Shown piece after piece: positions 9,183 through 18,857 of a stretch of 64,000 nt of DNA. The position numbers and the translations under genes are program-made. The stretch is from Patescibacteria group bacterium (GTDB lineage Bacteria > Patescibacteriota > Patescibacteriia > Patescibacteriales > UBA12465), in contig JBMNFW010000001.1 of assembly GCA_050949525.1 (NCBI GenBank), positions 527,890 through 591,889 on the forward strand. Reading direction: 5' to 3'. Below the pieces are notes generated by a model. It was not told the origin of the DNA, ran no database searches, and saw only the letters and a program-made list of their open reading frames with translations. The first letter of the stretch is position 1. Each line of letters begins with the position of its first letter.

Positions 9183-11516
9183 TTATTCCAATTTAATAAC
9201 AAAGTAACGATCATATTCCAAGGGTCCATTAAATTTAAGATCGGTTTTTTCTGGATAAGACCAAATAACTCGCAAAGGACTAGAATTAGAAAAATCATAT
9301 TTAAATTTAGTCTTACTAGCACCAGCTTGTTTCTGCCATAATAGAGAATAATTTAAAGAAGAACTAAAACTCAATCTAAAAGGTAATTGATATTCGATTT
9401 CAATGACCTGACTCTGACCTGGATCTAACATTGTCCAATTGGCAAAAACGGTTTTACCGGATTCTTGATAAATTTTAGTACCACTTTCTAAATCAAGTTC
9501 AGCTCGATTCTCACTACTTTCCAAAATTTCATTCTTTTCTAAAAAATCTTCCGACTTTTTAAAATATTCCTTATCGGGAGCTACAAATCCTTGAGCTCTA
9601 ACTAAAGTTGAGCCTAAAGGAACATAAATGCGCATCCAATTAACATTACGGACACCATAAAATAAATTAGATTCATTGGCGGGATGCTGTCGTTCAATCA
9701 CTAATTTATTCCAAATAGTACCATCAGCTCGAAGCTCACTACTCAAACTATAATTACTCTCCACCACCTTATCAGTTTTAGCACCAGCAATATTAGAATT
9801 AACCACCATTAAATAATCCAAAGGAGCTTCTTTCACTTCCCCTGCCCAAGATCGATATTCAACTTCTTTCTGTAATTCTGGATTATCAAAGTATAATAAA
9901 ATATTTTTTTGATTCAAATTTCTTTCCAACATTTCTAAAGATTTTAATAAAGTTTCCTGATTAAAATTCTTAAAAAACTGATCTAAAACCTTAACCATTA
10001 AATCACCAATAATTCGTTTAGGCTCATTCCTTAACCACTTATCAGGTTCTGATTCTAAACGCTCTAAAACATCAGTCTGAAGCTCCATTTCTTGATAAAG
10101 TTCAGGTTTACCCGTCACCTCTACTATTTCTTGAATCAAATCCCAATAATTATTACTATCAACAATAATGCCGTAGTCAGAACTAATATCAATCGGGCCA
10201 GTTATCTCTAAAAGATCACCTAAAATATCAGGCGTAATAGCAATAACTCCATCCACACTAGAACCACCACTTTTTTCATAAAACCATTTTAGATTTTGCG
10301 CCGACATTCGCCAATCAGGCCACCAATTAGCATCCCAAAAATACCATTGAGGTCTAATTAAATGTAATGGCTTCGGTGACTCCATTAATACCTTTAATGA
10401 TCCGGCAGTATCATAAGATCCTCCAGCCGGTACCTCCACCCGCTCTATTTGCCCCTTCTTTATATCAATCAAAGCATAACTACCAATAAATCCTCCAGTG
10501 GCTCTAATCTCAGCATTATTTTGGAAAATAATTAAATAACGACGATCAGACTCTAAACCAATAAAATCCTTAAGACCTGGAATTAGCTTCAAAAAAGACG
10601 AAAAATTTCTTTCTAAAACTAGAGCTTGATTCTTGATGTTTAAAAACTGCTCCTGATATTCTGATGGAATAGATTTAACCTTAATTTGAGATAAATTCTT
10701 ATTTATCCTTTTAATATCAGATTCTAATTTTTGACTATAATTCTGAAATTCAGAAAAAGCAGCGGGCTCAGAAAAAGATCTAAATAAAGCTTCCACGGCT
10801 AGAGTAAAATTATCACCAGCAATTGATAAATCAAGACCAATTTGACTAATTTTTTTAGACTCAGAAGCTAACTTTAATTTATTATCCTTAGAAAAAGAAG
10901 CTAGAAAAATCAAAAACTCATCAATCTTATTCAGCTCCTCTTGAATCAAAAGAAAGCTTTCTCCAGCGGCTAAGAAATTTTGTTGAGCCGAACTAAGGTC
11001 TAATTGAGAAAAATCTAAGGAAGCTTCTCCTAACTTAGATAAAGCTTGATAAGAATAATTTAAAATATTTTTCTGAGTTTTATGTTCTGATATTAATTTA
11101 TAATAACTAAATAATTTAAAAGGAATAACTATTAAAAAAAGTAATAAAATAAAATAAAAAACTGACCGAGACTTAGAAGACTGATAAGCTTGCTTAATTT
11201 TAAGATTAATATTAGGTAAAGTCTTAAACTTTAAAGGAAGTTTTTGATTTTTAGGTTTAGATTTTTTAAACTTTATCTTTCTAAAAGGCCAAGCAAGTAA
11301 TTCCAATAACTTAAATATTAGCCAAAAAATAGGATAAAAAGTAATCTTCTTAAGACGAGAAAAATTAATCCTAGTTTTTCTGCTTTTAACTTTCGGCTTC
11401 TTAAGCTCCTCTACCTTATCTTTTTCCTTAGCCTTAGGTGGACGTAAATCAACCACAAAACTAGATCGTTGATCATCTCGAGAAACTCCAATTTTATGCT
11501 TTTTTATAACTCCCAT
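9183..11516 (-). CDS. DUF4012 domain-containing membrane protein
   Basis: 777 aa with N-terminal TM segments. NNAEIRATGGFIGSYALIDIKKGQI is the DUF4012 signature block. Confidence 0.75.
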   Translation of the reverse strand: MGVIKKHKIGVSRDDQRSSFVVDLRPPKAKEKDKVEELKKPKVKSRKTRINFSRLKKITFYPIFWLIFKLLELLAWPFRKIKFKKSKPKNQKLPLKFKTLPNINLKIKQAYQSSKSRSVFYFILLLFLIVIPFKLFSYYKLISEHKTQKNILNYSYQALSKLGEASLDFSQLDLSSAQQNFLAAGESFLLIQEELNKIDEFLIFLASFSKDNKLKLASESKKISQIGLDLSIAGDNFTLAVEALFRSFSEPAAFSEFQNYSQKLESDIKRINKNLSQIKVKSIPSEYQEQFLNIKNQALVLERNFSSFLKLIPGLKDFIGLESDRRYLIIFQNNAEIRATGGFIGSYALIDIKKGQIERVEVPAGGSYDTAGSLKVLMESPKPLHLIRPQWYFWDANWWPDWRMSAQNLKWFYEKSGGSSVDGVIAITPDILGDLLEITGPIDISSDYGIIVDSNNYWDLIQEIVEVTGKPELYQEMELQTDVLERLESEPDKWLRNEPKRIIGDLMVKVLDQFFKNFNQETLLKSLEMLERNLNQKNILLYFDNPELQKEVEYRSWAGEVKEAPLDYLMVVNSNIAGAKTDKVVESNYSLSSELRADGTIWNKLVIERQHPANESNLFYGVRNVNWMRIYVPLGSTLVRAQGFVAPDKEYFKKSEDFLEKNEILESSENRAELDLESGTKIYQESGKTVFANWTMLDPGQSQVIEIEYQLPFRLSFSSSLNYSLLWQKQAGASKTKFKYDFSNSSPLRVIWSYPEKTDLKFNGPLEYDRYFVIKLE

Positions 11517-11521
11517 AATTA

Positions 11522-12682
11522 TTATTCTAAATATATTTCTCTAGTCGCTAAAGCGCAATCCCACCAACTATATTTCTTAACCTGTTCCCGTCCTCGTTCA
11601 ATTAATTCTAACCTTAAAACTTCATTTGAAATTAATTCTCTAGATTTTTTTAAAAAATCAGCTTGATCACGAGGATCAAAATACATTGCCGCTGAACCTA
11701 AAATTTCGGGCATACTAGCAGCTTGAGAACTTAAAACTGGACAAGATTTAGCCATCGCCTCTAAAGGTGGTAAACCAAAACCTTCATATAAAGACGGAAA
11801 CGCATAGAGTAAGGCTTGTTGGTATAAAATTTCTAATTCATTATCTGGCACATAACCAGTAAAAATTACCGGACTATTATTAGGAAAAAGCTCAAAGTCC
11901 AAATCCTTTATTTGACGGTAAAAATAATCCTCTTGTCCGACTAAAACCAAGCGCAAACTCTGATCCTCCTGATATAACACTTTAAAAGCTCGTAATAGAA
12001 AATCCAAATTCTTATGCGGATAAGCATTACCAACATACAATAAAAAAGAATTTTCAATACTATAACTATTTAAAACTTTAGATTGATCCAACTTAGTTAT
12101 AAACAAAGAGTCAGAACCTTTAGCTAAATTAGCCACCCCCTCATAAGTAACCTCAATTTTATCAGCCGGAATCTTAAACTGTTCAATAATATCATTTTTA
12201 GTAAAATTAGAAACGGTAATAATTTTTTTAGATTTTTTTAAAGCTCGCTTAATAATAATCCGATAAAAAAAGTTTTTTAAATGATACAACCAAGGACTCA
12301 AAGTAGTAGCTCTAATAGTTTTAAACTTGGTTAATATTAAATCATGAATAGTAACTACAAATTCACTCGGAACAAAAAATGGCACATTAAAATGACAAAA
12401 ATGAACCAAATCTAATTTTTCTCGCTTTAAGTAAAAAGGCATTAACAATTGTTCCTTTAAACTGTACCACCGAAGCTCCATTAAAACCTTTTTAGCATTA
12501 GGATAATTATCAATAACTAATTCATCAAAATTATCTCGGCGTAAAAAAATAATATAATCATTATACTGATCAATTTTTAAAATATTATCGACTATTTCTT
12601 GAGTATAACGCCCTAAACCCTTTCCAATTGGTCCATAAAAACGAGCATCAATACCTATTCTTTTTTTTACTTTTTTTTCCAT
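11522..12682 (-). CDS. Glycosyltransferase family 1 (GT4-type, GT-B fold)
   Basis: SLYEGFGLPPLEAMA motif. Start set to ATG 12682 (MEKKVKKRIGIDARF) because the longer track ORF (to 12802) overlaps the upstream gene by 116 nt. Confidence 0.8.
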   Translation of the reverse strand: MEKKVKKRIGIDARFYGPIGKGLGRYTQEIVDNILKIDQYNDYIIFLRRDNFDELVIDNYPNAKKVLMELRWYSLKEQLLMPFYLKREKLDLVHFCHFNVPFFVPSEFVVTIHDLILTKFKTIRATTLSPWLYHLKNFFYRIIIKRALKKSKKIITVSNFTKNDIIEQFKIPADKIEVTYEGVANLAKGSDSLFITKLDQSKVLNSYSIENSFLLYVGNAYPHKNLDFLLRAFKVLYQEDQSLRLVLVGQEDYFYRQIKDLDFELFPNNSPVIFTGYVPDNELEILYQQALLYAFPSLYEGFGLPPLEAMAKSCPVLSSQAASMPEILGSAAMYFDPRDQADFLKKSRELISNEVLRLELIERGREQVKKYSWWDCALATREIYLE

Positions 12683-12686
12683 TTTT

Positions 12687-14138
12687 TTATCCAAAAGGCA
12701 AATTACTTGGAGGAGCTTTTTTAGTCGATCCAGTAGATTCAGTTTCCTCAAAAATAGAAGGAGAAGGAGAAGAAAAATCATCTGATAAAAGATCCTCTTC
12801 AATAGCCTGAGAATCGAGTTTAAACGAGTCCTCCAAAGCCAAATTAGATGGTGGTTTTTGTCGCTTAGAGGCTGTTTTTTGAATCAAAGGAGCATTAGCA
12901 GTAGCTTCAGTTGGAAAATGCCAAATAGTAGCTAATTCTTCAATATTTAATAGATAAGGAGTACAACCAGCCCAATCATCTCGATTAATATAATTATTCA
13001 TTATATTATTCTTTCTTCTAATCAAACGAGCTCCCCGATTAAAATAAGTAGTTTTAGTGGCCGTAGTACTCATATCAGGTTTAAAGCTATTTAAATCTAA
13101 GGCCGAAAATTGTTTAATATAACCAATGAAACCATTGACTACTTTTGATCTATTCATTACTTCTTTTTTAGCTAAATATACTACTCGAATTTTACACAAA
13201 AAAGCTAATTTAGAAGATTTTTCCTCAATAGCCTCAATTCTCTTTTTTTGTCGTGGAGTCAATTCCACCATAGATAATTTTTCAAACTTTTCTTCTTTTT
13301 TAGAATCAACATCTCCCCATAAAGAATAAACAAACTCGCTAAGATCCGAGATTATTTCCACTAAACCATCAATAACTCTATTCAAAAAACTAGTCTTAGG
13401 TTTCTTACCCAAAATCTTATCAATTTCAGCCTGACCATCATCTATCCAATCAAAGCCAGTTGGGATAACTATAATTTGATACATCAATTTTTCTCCTCGA
13501 CGTAAACTACTAGAAAGCTCCATTAATTCAGCCATCGGATCACGAAAAACAGTTTCATCAGGTCCTAAACGATGCTCAAACTCTTTATAGGTCTTAATCG
13601 GATACATATAATGATTAGTTTGGAGAAATTCAGCACCCCAAATATCATATTCATCATCAGGGAATTTACGAGGAAAATCTTCACAATAATCATCAATCTC
13701 AATAATCTCAGCATCAGGATACTGCGAATAAACCGCTGATTCAACTAAATTTCTAAACTTAGCTGGAGTTCTAATAATAAACTGAGTATAACCTTCTAAG
13801 CTAACAATTTCAAAACTAAAAGATAATTGATACTCACCGATAAACCACTTATCAAAGAAGTTCTGAGTACTATGAGCCCCACCTAAATAAGAAAAGAGGT
13901 TTTCCACCGCTAAGGGCGACTGAATATTACCTTTGGGAATATCAATGGCCAATATAACAAATTTATGCTTAGATCCCCATTTATTTCTAATATAAAAAAG
14001 CCATAAAGTTCGAGCACCTAATAAAAATATAATACCAAAAATAACCCAAGCAAAACGGGTTATAAAACGCCACAACATCACATCAACTGGTAAATTAAAG
14101 AAATCTTGAATCGAGCTAAAATCAACTACAATATCCAT
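12687..14138 (-). CDS. Membrane protein of unknown function with two C-terminal PPSNL motifs
   Basis: The track ORF reaches a GTG at 14174. I prefer ATG 14138 (MDIVVDF...) because 14150-14195 reads as a promoter on the minus strand (TTGCTG-16-TATAAT, also TTGATT-17-TAAAAT). Two N-terminal TM helices. The tail contains KPPSNL and ends APPSNLPFG. Confidence 0.6.
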   Translation of the reverse strand: MDIVVDFSSIQDFFNLPVDVMLWRFITRFAWVIFGIIFLLGARTLWLFYIRNKWGSKHKFVILAIDIPKGNIQSPLAVENLFSYLGGAHSTQNFFDKWFIGEYQLSFSFEIVSLEGYTQFIIRTPAKFRNLVESAVYSQYPDAEIIEIDDYCEDFPRKFPDDEYDIWGAEFLQTNHYMYPIKTYKEFEHRLGPDETVFRDPMAELMELSSSLRRGEKLMYQIIVIPTGFDWIDDGQAEIDKILGKKPKTSFLNRVIDGLVEIISDLSEFVYSLWGDVDSKKEEKFEKLSMVELTPRQKKRIEAIEEKSSKLAFLCKIRVVYLAKKEVMNRSKVVNGFIGYIKQFSALDLNSFKPDMSTTATKTTYFNRGARLIRRKNNIMNNYINRDDWAGCTPYLLNIEELATIWHFPTEATANAPLIQKTASKRQKPPSNLALEDSFKLDSQAIEEDLLSDDFSSPSPSIFEETESTGSTKKAPPSNLPFG

Positions 14139-14191
14139 AAAAATATATAAATTAAATCTATTATATTTTAACACACTTTTTCAGCAAAATC

Positions 14192-14223
14192 AAAAAAAAT
14201 ATCACCACATTTTATGGTGATAT
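14192..14223 (-). terminator. Rho-independent terminator after 14248..15258
   Basis: Stem atatcacca / tggtgatat followed, on the minus strand, by a T8 run. Confidence 0.7.
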
Positions 14224-14247
14224 TGGTTCTCTATTTTAAATATTATA

Positions 14248-15258
14248 TTATTTTTTTAAAGCATAGACTCCTCGATCAACCAACACATAACGATCATCTA
14301 AAATTAATTCATTATGAACTGATCCCGGACTTACTTTTTTATGATTAAAACCAATTTCATTTATTTTATTAGTTATTTCAGTAAAATGAAGTGGTTTCTT
14401 TTCATTCTTTAAAACTAAATAAATTTTATCAGTAATTTTTTTAGGTCGAACTTCTACCCACTCTTCTTTACCCCATTTACCAAATTTATTAGCCCCAACC
14501 CCTTTAATAGTTTGCACTAAAGAATAAAGTGGTTTATTACGATTAATGATTTCAGCCCATTCCGGAAAAGTCTCATCTTTAAAAACTTTTTTCAAATCTA
14601 AGTCATCATTATTAGTCACTCTTTTTCTATTAAAAGAGAACCATTTAATGTCTTTAATAACATCAACTAATTCTTCAAAATATAAAGTTTTCTTAATGCG
14701 ATCTAATTGTATTTTAACCTCTTCAGCTAAACTTTCTAAATAATCAATGGCTTGATTTTTTAATTTAAAGAAAGGGAAAAACTTATCAGATTTATTAACC
14801 TGATCAATTTCATCATCTAGTAATTCAGATAAAACAAATTCTAAGTATTTTTTATAAGCCTTCCGATCATGCTTAATACCCTTTTCGGTTTGATAAGTTA
14901 AAACTGTTAAGATATCTAAAAGAAAATCCTTCTCCATTGCCCCGCCATGTTCTTCCAATAATTTATTCACCATTACTTTAAGAGATTCTAAATGAGCATC
15001 TAAATCTTCAATCTTTTTTAATTTCTTTAAACTAGATTGCTCGATTTGTCGTACTCGTTCTCGAGTTAAATTGTGAAGCTTACCAATCTCCTCTAAAGTT
15101 TGAGCTCGTTCACTCTCCAAAGAAAAACGACGAGTTAAAATATCTCTCTCTCGTTCTTGTAATTCAGAAAAAAGAACCTCGACTATTTCGACGGCATTCA
15201 ATTTAATCAATTCTTTATTCTTTTGATCCTGCAATAGATCTTTTAAAATGCTGTTCAT
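14248..15258 (-). CDS. Sigma-70 region-4-like HTH protein with C-terminal HARE-HTH-like domain
   Basis: 336 aa. N-terminal RERDILTRRFSLESERAQTLEEIGKLHNLTRERVRQIEQSSLKKLKK is a sigma region 4.2 pattern. C-terminal KKPLHFTEITNKINEIG...VHNELILDDRYVLVDRGVYALK resembles the RpoE-delta/HARE-HTH fold. No sigma region 2. Confidence 0.6.
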   Translation of the reverse strand: MNSILKDLLQDQKNKELIKLNAVEIVEVLFSELQERERDILTRRFSLESERAQTLEEIGKLHNLTRERVRQIEQSSLKKLKKIEDLDAHLESLKVMVNKLLEEHGGAMEKDFLLDILTVLTYQTEKGIKHDRKAYKKYLEFVLSELLDDEIDQVNKSDKFFPFFKLKNQAIDYLESLAEEVKIQLDRIKKTLYFEELVDVIKDIKWFSFNRKRVTNNDDLDLKKVFKDETFPEWAEIINRNKPLYSLVQTIKGVGANKFGKWGKEEWVEVRPKKITDKIYLVLKNEKKPLHFTEITNKINEIGFNHKKVSPGSVHNELILDDRYVLVDRGVYALKK

Positions 15259-15324
15259 ATATATTAAAACTTAAATTATAACTCTAACCATTTAAACATA
15301 TTTCAAATAATAAGTCAAGGGCTA

Positions 15325-15360
15325 TAAAATAAAGAGAGCAATCCGAAGATTGCTCTCTCT
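15325..15360 (-). terminator. Strong Rho-independent terminator after the S-layer-like gene
   Basis: 11-bp stem agagagcaatc / gattgctctct with loop cgaa, followed by a T-rich run on the minus strand. Confidence 0.8.
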
Positions 15361-15419
15361 TTCAATTTGTATTAAAGAAAAATTGATAAAAACTTAAAAG
15401 AAAAACTAAATCCTAAGGA

Positions 15420-18416
15420 CTAGTAGTTCTGGTAATATCCACTTCCAATTGGGAATTTATTTAATCCGAATCCATCAAATCCTCCTGCAAATTCCTCAAA
15501 GTTGCTTGTTCCTTCATCCCAGGTAACACCATTTGCATTTAAGTTTACACTGATTTTGAAGTTAACACCAGCAAAAGCATCAGTATTAGCTTTAAGTTTA
15601 AAGGTTTTAGTTTGACCAGCTTCAATTTGAGCAAGATTCTCATTACCATCTACTAAACTAAATTTCATTCCATTAGCATATGATTCACTTGAAGTAGTAT
15701 TACTATCATTAATATAGATATCTGAATTAACAGGAGTAGTAGTTCCATTTACTCTAAAATCTAAACTAGTAATAGATAAAACTCCAGTACCCTCAGCAGA
15801 AACATCAAACTCTAAATATTGCTGATCAGGTCCTTCTCCTTCTCCATCAATAAGACCTTTCTTAAAGGTAAATTTTGGATAAATCTTATGAACTTTCATT
15901 ATATTGAAATCAACAGGAAGAGCTGCTGCGATTGTTGTAGAAGCATTAATACTATTTAATTGTAATTGAATAGTATTAGATGCGACAGCATCCTCACCAT
16001 AGTTAGAGTTAAATAGACCCTTTACTACGATTTCCTTAGTTTGACCAGCAGCAATTTTTAGTTTATCGTTATTAATTTTAATAGTTGAAGTTTCAAACTT
16101 GCCATCATTATTAAATTTAGCATCACTACCTAATAAGGTTGTTCCGCTGTACACTTTAATGTCTTGTAATCTCTCATTAGTAATTGTTGATGTTGCGGTT
16201 GCAAGGAAAACAAGTTCAGTAATATTTGACTCGTCACCAGCTGAATGAATTTTAAACTTAGCAATTTCTCGCTCAGTATTATCAGCTAAAATTATTCCTT
16301 CAGCAGTAGTACCAGCTTTACTTACACTAATTTTAGCGGTTTTTACTATCTTAATTTTAGCACCAGAAACATTTCCATCAATTCCGGTCTTAACTATATC
16401 ACTATCTTTGAAAATTATCTTAACAGAATCACCTTTAATATCAAATTTAATATCTCCTGTTGATATATCGCTATCATCTATTATATCTACATAAATAGAA
16501 ATAACATGTTCCCCCTTGTTAACATCAAAATTTTCTAATTTTAAGGTAGGACTATCAAGATCATCATCTTCAAAATCTCCAATAGTAGTATTATCCATCT
16601 TAACTGTTACCTTTCTAATAGCAGTAGATGTAGCGGATAAAGAACCATTAAGATCAATGGTTAGCTCTTCAACTTCAATATCTTTTTCAGTCTTAATTTT
16701 AGCTTCTAAAGCTAAAATATTCTTAGTACCATAGATATATGAATACTCTCCTAAAGGTGAGTTTTGTGTTCTAGCGATAGTAATTTCACCAGACTCAATA
16801 TTTACCTCAGAGGTTGCATTAGTGTCTGCAAAAGAAACACCAAATCCGGTGGATTTTTCTTTTCCAATATTACCACTAAAAACTTTAGTATTTTTATCAA
16901 GTTGGAAAATTACACTTGGTGTAGTAGCTTCATATTTAGCAATAACATCACCTTTAATTTTTAAGGTTGCATCTCCATTTTCCTTTAATAATTCTAATCC
17001 ATTACCAGGGAAAGTGAAGTTGATGTATTTACCATTATAAGTAGCAGCATTAGAAACGATGTTACCATCTCTTTCTAATCTAATGTTAGAAATGGTTTCA
17101 ATTAAATCCTCGCTTCCATTATTCTTAAGCTCAACATTAGTTAAGATAACATCTCTATTAATGTTAGAAACTTTTAACTCACCTAATAAGATATTCTCAT
17201 CCCCAACCTTAACATCAAGAGAAGAGTCTTTTAATTCCATTTTTAATTCTGCTACTGTGTAATCAGTAAAGCTCATTAAATTACCCATGATTGGGAAAGA
17301 TCCAGAAACAGTAGCTCCGCTAGCTGAAACAGCTGAAGCAGAAGCAATTCCTAAAGCAGAATTTCCAGCTACTTTAGGAGTAGTAGAAAGAGCCTCAACT
17401 AAAATATCAACTGAAACAGTTTGCCCAGCTGGAATAGTTAGTATTGGACTAAAAACTAAAGTAGCTTCATCGCTAGAATTTAATTTTTTAGCACTGGTGT
17501 TAAGTTTTACACCATTTTTTTCAGCAAAAACTTTAAAATCATCATCACTTAAACCAATTCTCTTAACAGTAATAGAATCTACATAAGCAGTTCCATCGTT
17601 AGAAGCAGTGAGGTTAAGAGTAGTAAAAGGAATTCGAGAAGCTACATTTGGAACAGCCATAGAAGCAGGGGTTGCTGAACTTAAAGCAACAGTAACTCCT
17701 GAACCTTGGTCAGGTCTAACAGTATCTCCACTAATATTTTGAGCAACGTTAATAATATCAGTTTCAGATCCAGTGATATCACTACCACTAGGAGTGAAAT
17801 TATTGATAGTTAAAACGTTATCAAATTGAAATCTATTAGCTTTGAAAGCAACTTCATCTTCAATTAATCGATAGTCAGAACCATCGTAATAATAGATATT
17901 GCTCTCACCAGCTTTCTTTACTAAAGAACCCATTGGAACTTCACCAGAAGCCAAAGGAGATCCGATAGTATAGTTAATGAAGAAAGAGTCAGCTACGTCA
18001 ATTACTCTTTGTTCCCAATTGTCACCGTAAAGAGCTTTAGCATCTGCCGCAGTTTGTACCCATCTTAAAACACCGTTAGCTTCAACAGCGTATACTTTAG
18101 GATCGGTAGTAATCTTCACTAATTTGGTTCCCGGTCTAACAACTACGTTAGCTGCTAGAGGATAACTAGCTAATTCATCATCAGAAATAGTAACAACACC
18201 TGAGAAGTCACTATACCATGATTTATAGGTAGCTTCATTTGGGAACACATATCTTTTTCCGTCTTTTAGGTAATATACAGCTGAATGACCATCTCTTTTG
18301 ATTAAGTCTCCAGTTTGAGCTGCAGCTTTAGTAGCCATAGGAGCAGTTAAACCACTCATGACAACTACAGTCATTACCATGACAGAAGAAGCAAAAATCT
18401 TGCGTAATTTTGTCAT
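15420..18416 (-). CDS. Large secreted surface (S-layer-like) protein
   Basis: 998 aa with signal peptide MTKLRKIFASSVMVMTVVVMSGLTAPMATKAAA. Ala/Thr/Ser/Gly/Val-rich beta-repeat body with no Cys. Codon usage is visibly different from neighbours (GCT/GGT/ACT/GTT rich), and a strong terminator follows. Confidence 0.65.
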   Translation of the reverse strand: MTKLRKIFASSVMVMTVVVMSGLTAPMATKAAAQTGDLIKRDGHSAVYYLKDGKRYVFPNEATYKSWYSDFSGVVTISDDELASYPLAANVVVRPGTKLVKITTDPKVYAVEANGVLRWVQTAADAKALYGDNWEQRVIDVADSFFINYTIGSPLASGEVPMGSLVKKAGESNIYYYDGSDYRLIEDEVAFKANRFQFDNVLTINNFTPSGSDITGSETDIINVAQNISGDTVRPDQGSGVTVALSSATPASMAVPNVASRIPFTTLNLTASNDGTAYVDSITVKRIGLSDDDFKVFAEKNGVKLNTSAKKLNSSDEATLVFSPILTIPAGQTVSVDILVEALSTTPKVAGNSALGIASASAVSASGATVSGSFPIMGNLMSFTDYTVAELKMELKDSSLDVKVGDENILLGELKVSNINRDVILTNVELKNNGSEDLIETISNIRLERDGNIVSNAATYNGKYINFTFPGNGLELLKENGDATLKIKGDVIAKYEATTPSVIFQLDKNTKVFSGNIGKEKSTGFGVSFADTNATSEVNIESGEITIARTQNSPLGEYSYIYGTKNILALEAKIKTEKDIEVEELTIDLNGSLSATSTAIRKVTVKMDNTTIGDFEDDDLDSPTLKLENFDVNKGEHVISIYVDIIDDSDISTGDIKFDIKGDSVKIIFKDSDIVKTGIDGNVSGAKIKIVKTAKISVSKAGTTAEGIILADNTEREIAKFKIHSAGDESNITELVFLATATSTITNERLQDIKVYSGTTLLGSDAKFNNDGKFETSTIKINNDKLKIAAGQTKEIVVKGLFNSNYGEDAVASNTIQLQLNSINASTTIAAALPVDFNIMKVHKIYPKFTFKKGLIDGEGEGPDQQYLEFDVSAEGTGVLSITSLDFRVNGTTTPVNSDIYINDSNTTSSESYANGMKFSLVDGNENLAQIEAGQTKTFKLKANTDAFAGVNFKISVNLNANGVTWDEGTSNFEEFAGGFDGFGLNKFPIGSGYYQNY

Positions 18417-18559
18417 AATTTTGTTTAAAGCTATCTCTAAATATTATTATTAAATAATTATTTAAAGACAATGAAATTTAGGTTTCTCCACTAGTCTTAA
18501 TTCTAAATTAATTAAATCGGTCAAATATTCCTGAATAAATCGATCAGGATCCCGCTTCC

Positions 18560-18838
18560 CCGCACACTTTAATCAAAAAGCATGTTTCGGAAAAAATTAG
18601 CATGGGATAATTTTTCACCACTCCGACTCTTTTTAATCAAAGAGTGCGGAGAAAAGCTTAATCGATCTATAGTGAAAAATTTTTTCGATTAATCTTTTCT
18701 AGAATTTTAAAAAACTTGTAAAGAAACAATTTTGGTTTTAAACGTTGCACCCTTCCCCTCGGAAGTCGACCTTTCTGGTCACAACGAATCTCCTAAATGG
18801 AGATTGTTAGTTTTCCTTTTAGTAAAAAGAAAACTAAC
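18560..18838 (-). other. Cluster of stem-loops in a 440-bp non-coding spacer (candidate structured leader or small RNA)
   Basis: Hairpins at 18806-18838 (10-bp stem), 18787-18805 (7 bp) and 18621-18651 (12 bp with one bulge), plus a Y-shaped element at 18743-18786 (cgttg[gacc..ggtc][cttcc..ggaag]caacg read on the minus strand). 18560-18570 can pair instead with 18639-18649. Strand not established. Confidence 0.35.
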
Positions 18839-18857
18839 AAACCCCACTAAGATTTAA

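Noticed and set aside
12683-12802. N-terminal extension of the GT1 gene (track ORF 11522..12802) and the plus ORF 12628..12810
   Set aside because: The extension overlaps the upstream CDS by 116 nt and translates to Leu/Phe-rich noise. A clean ATG at 12682 sits 5 nt after the upstream stop.
16516-17586. Five plus-strand ORFs (66-99 aa) antisense to the S-layer-like gene
   Set aside because: They are a typical by-product of the strong codon bias (GCT/GGT/ACT/GTT) of the sense gene, which removes stop codons from antisense frames. No motifs and no independent signals.
18495-18525. Promoter TTGACC ... TAGAAT (minus strand) for the S-layer-like gene
   Set aside because: The hexamers are good, but the spacer is only 14 nt. 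Alternative combinations (TTGTCT with TAATAA/TAATAT) have 16 or 19 nt spacers, so no confident call.
18582-18692. 36-aa plus-strand ORF (MFRKKLAWDNFSPLRLFLIKECGEKLNRSIVKNFFD) inside the structured spacer
   Set aside because: No SD or promoter, opposite to all surrounding transcription, and its sequence is dictated by the hairpin arms. More likely non-coding.
18417-18857. Known housekeeping RNAs (RNase P, SRP/4.5S, tmRNA, 6S) or a known riboswitch in the long spacer
   Set aside because: I could not find the RNase P GAGGAAAGUCC-type core, the SRP GGAA/AGCA helix-8 motif, a tRNA-like CCA end or any riboswitch consensus. It is left as an unclassified structured element.
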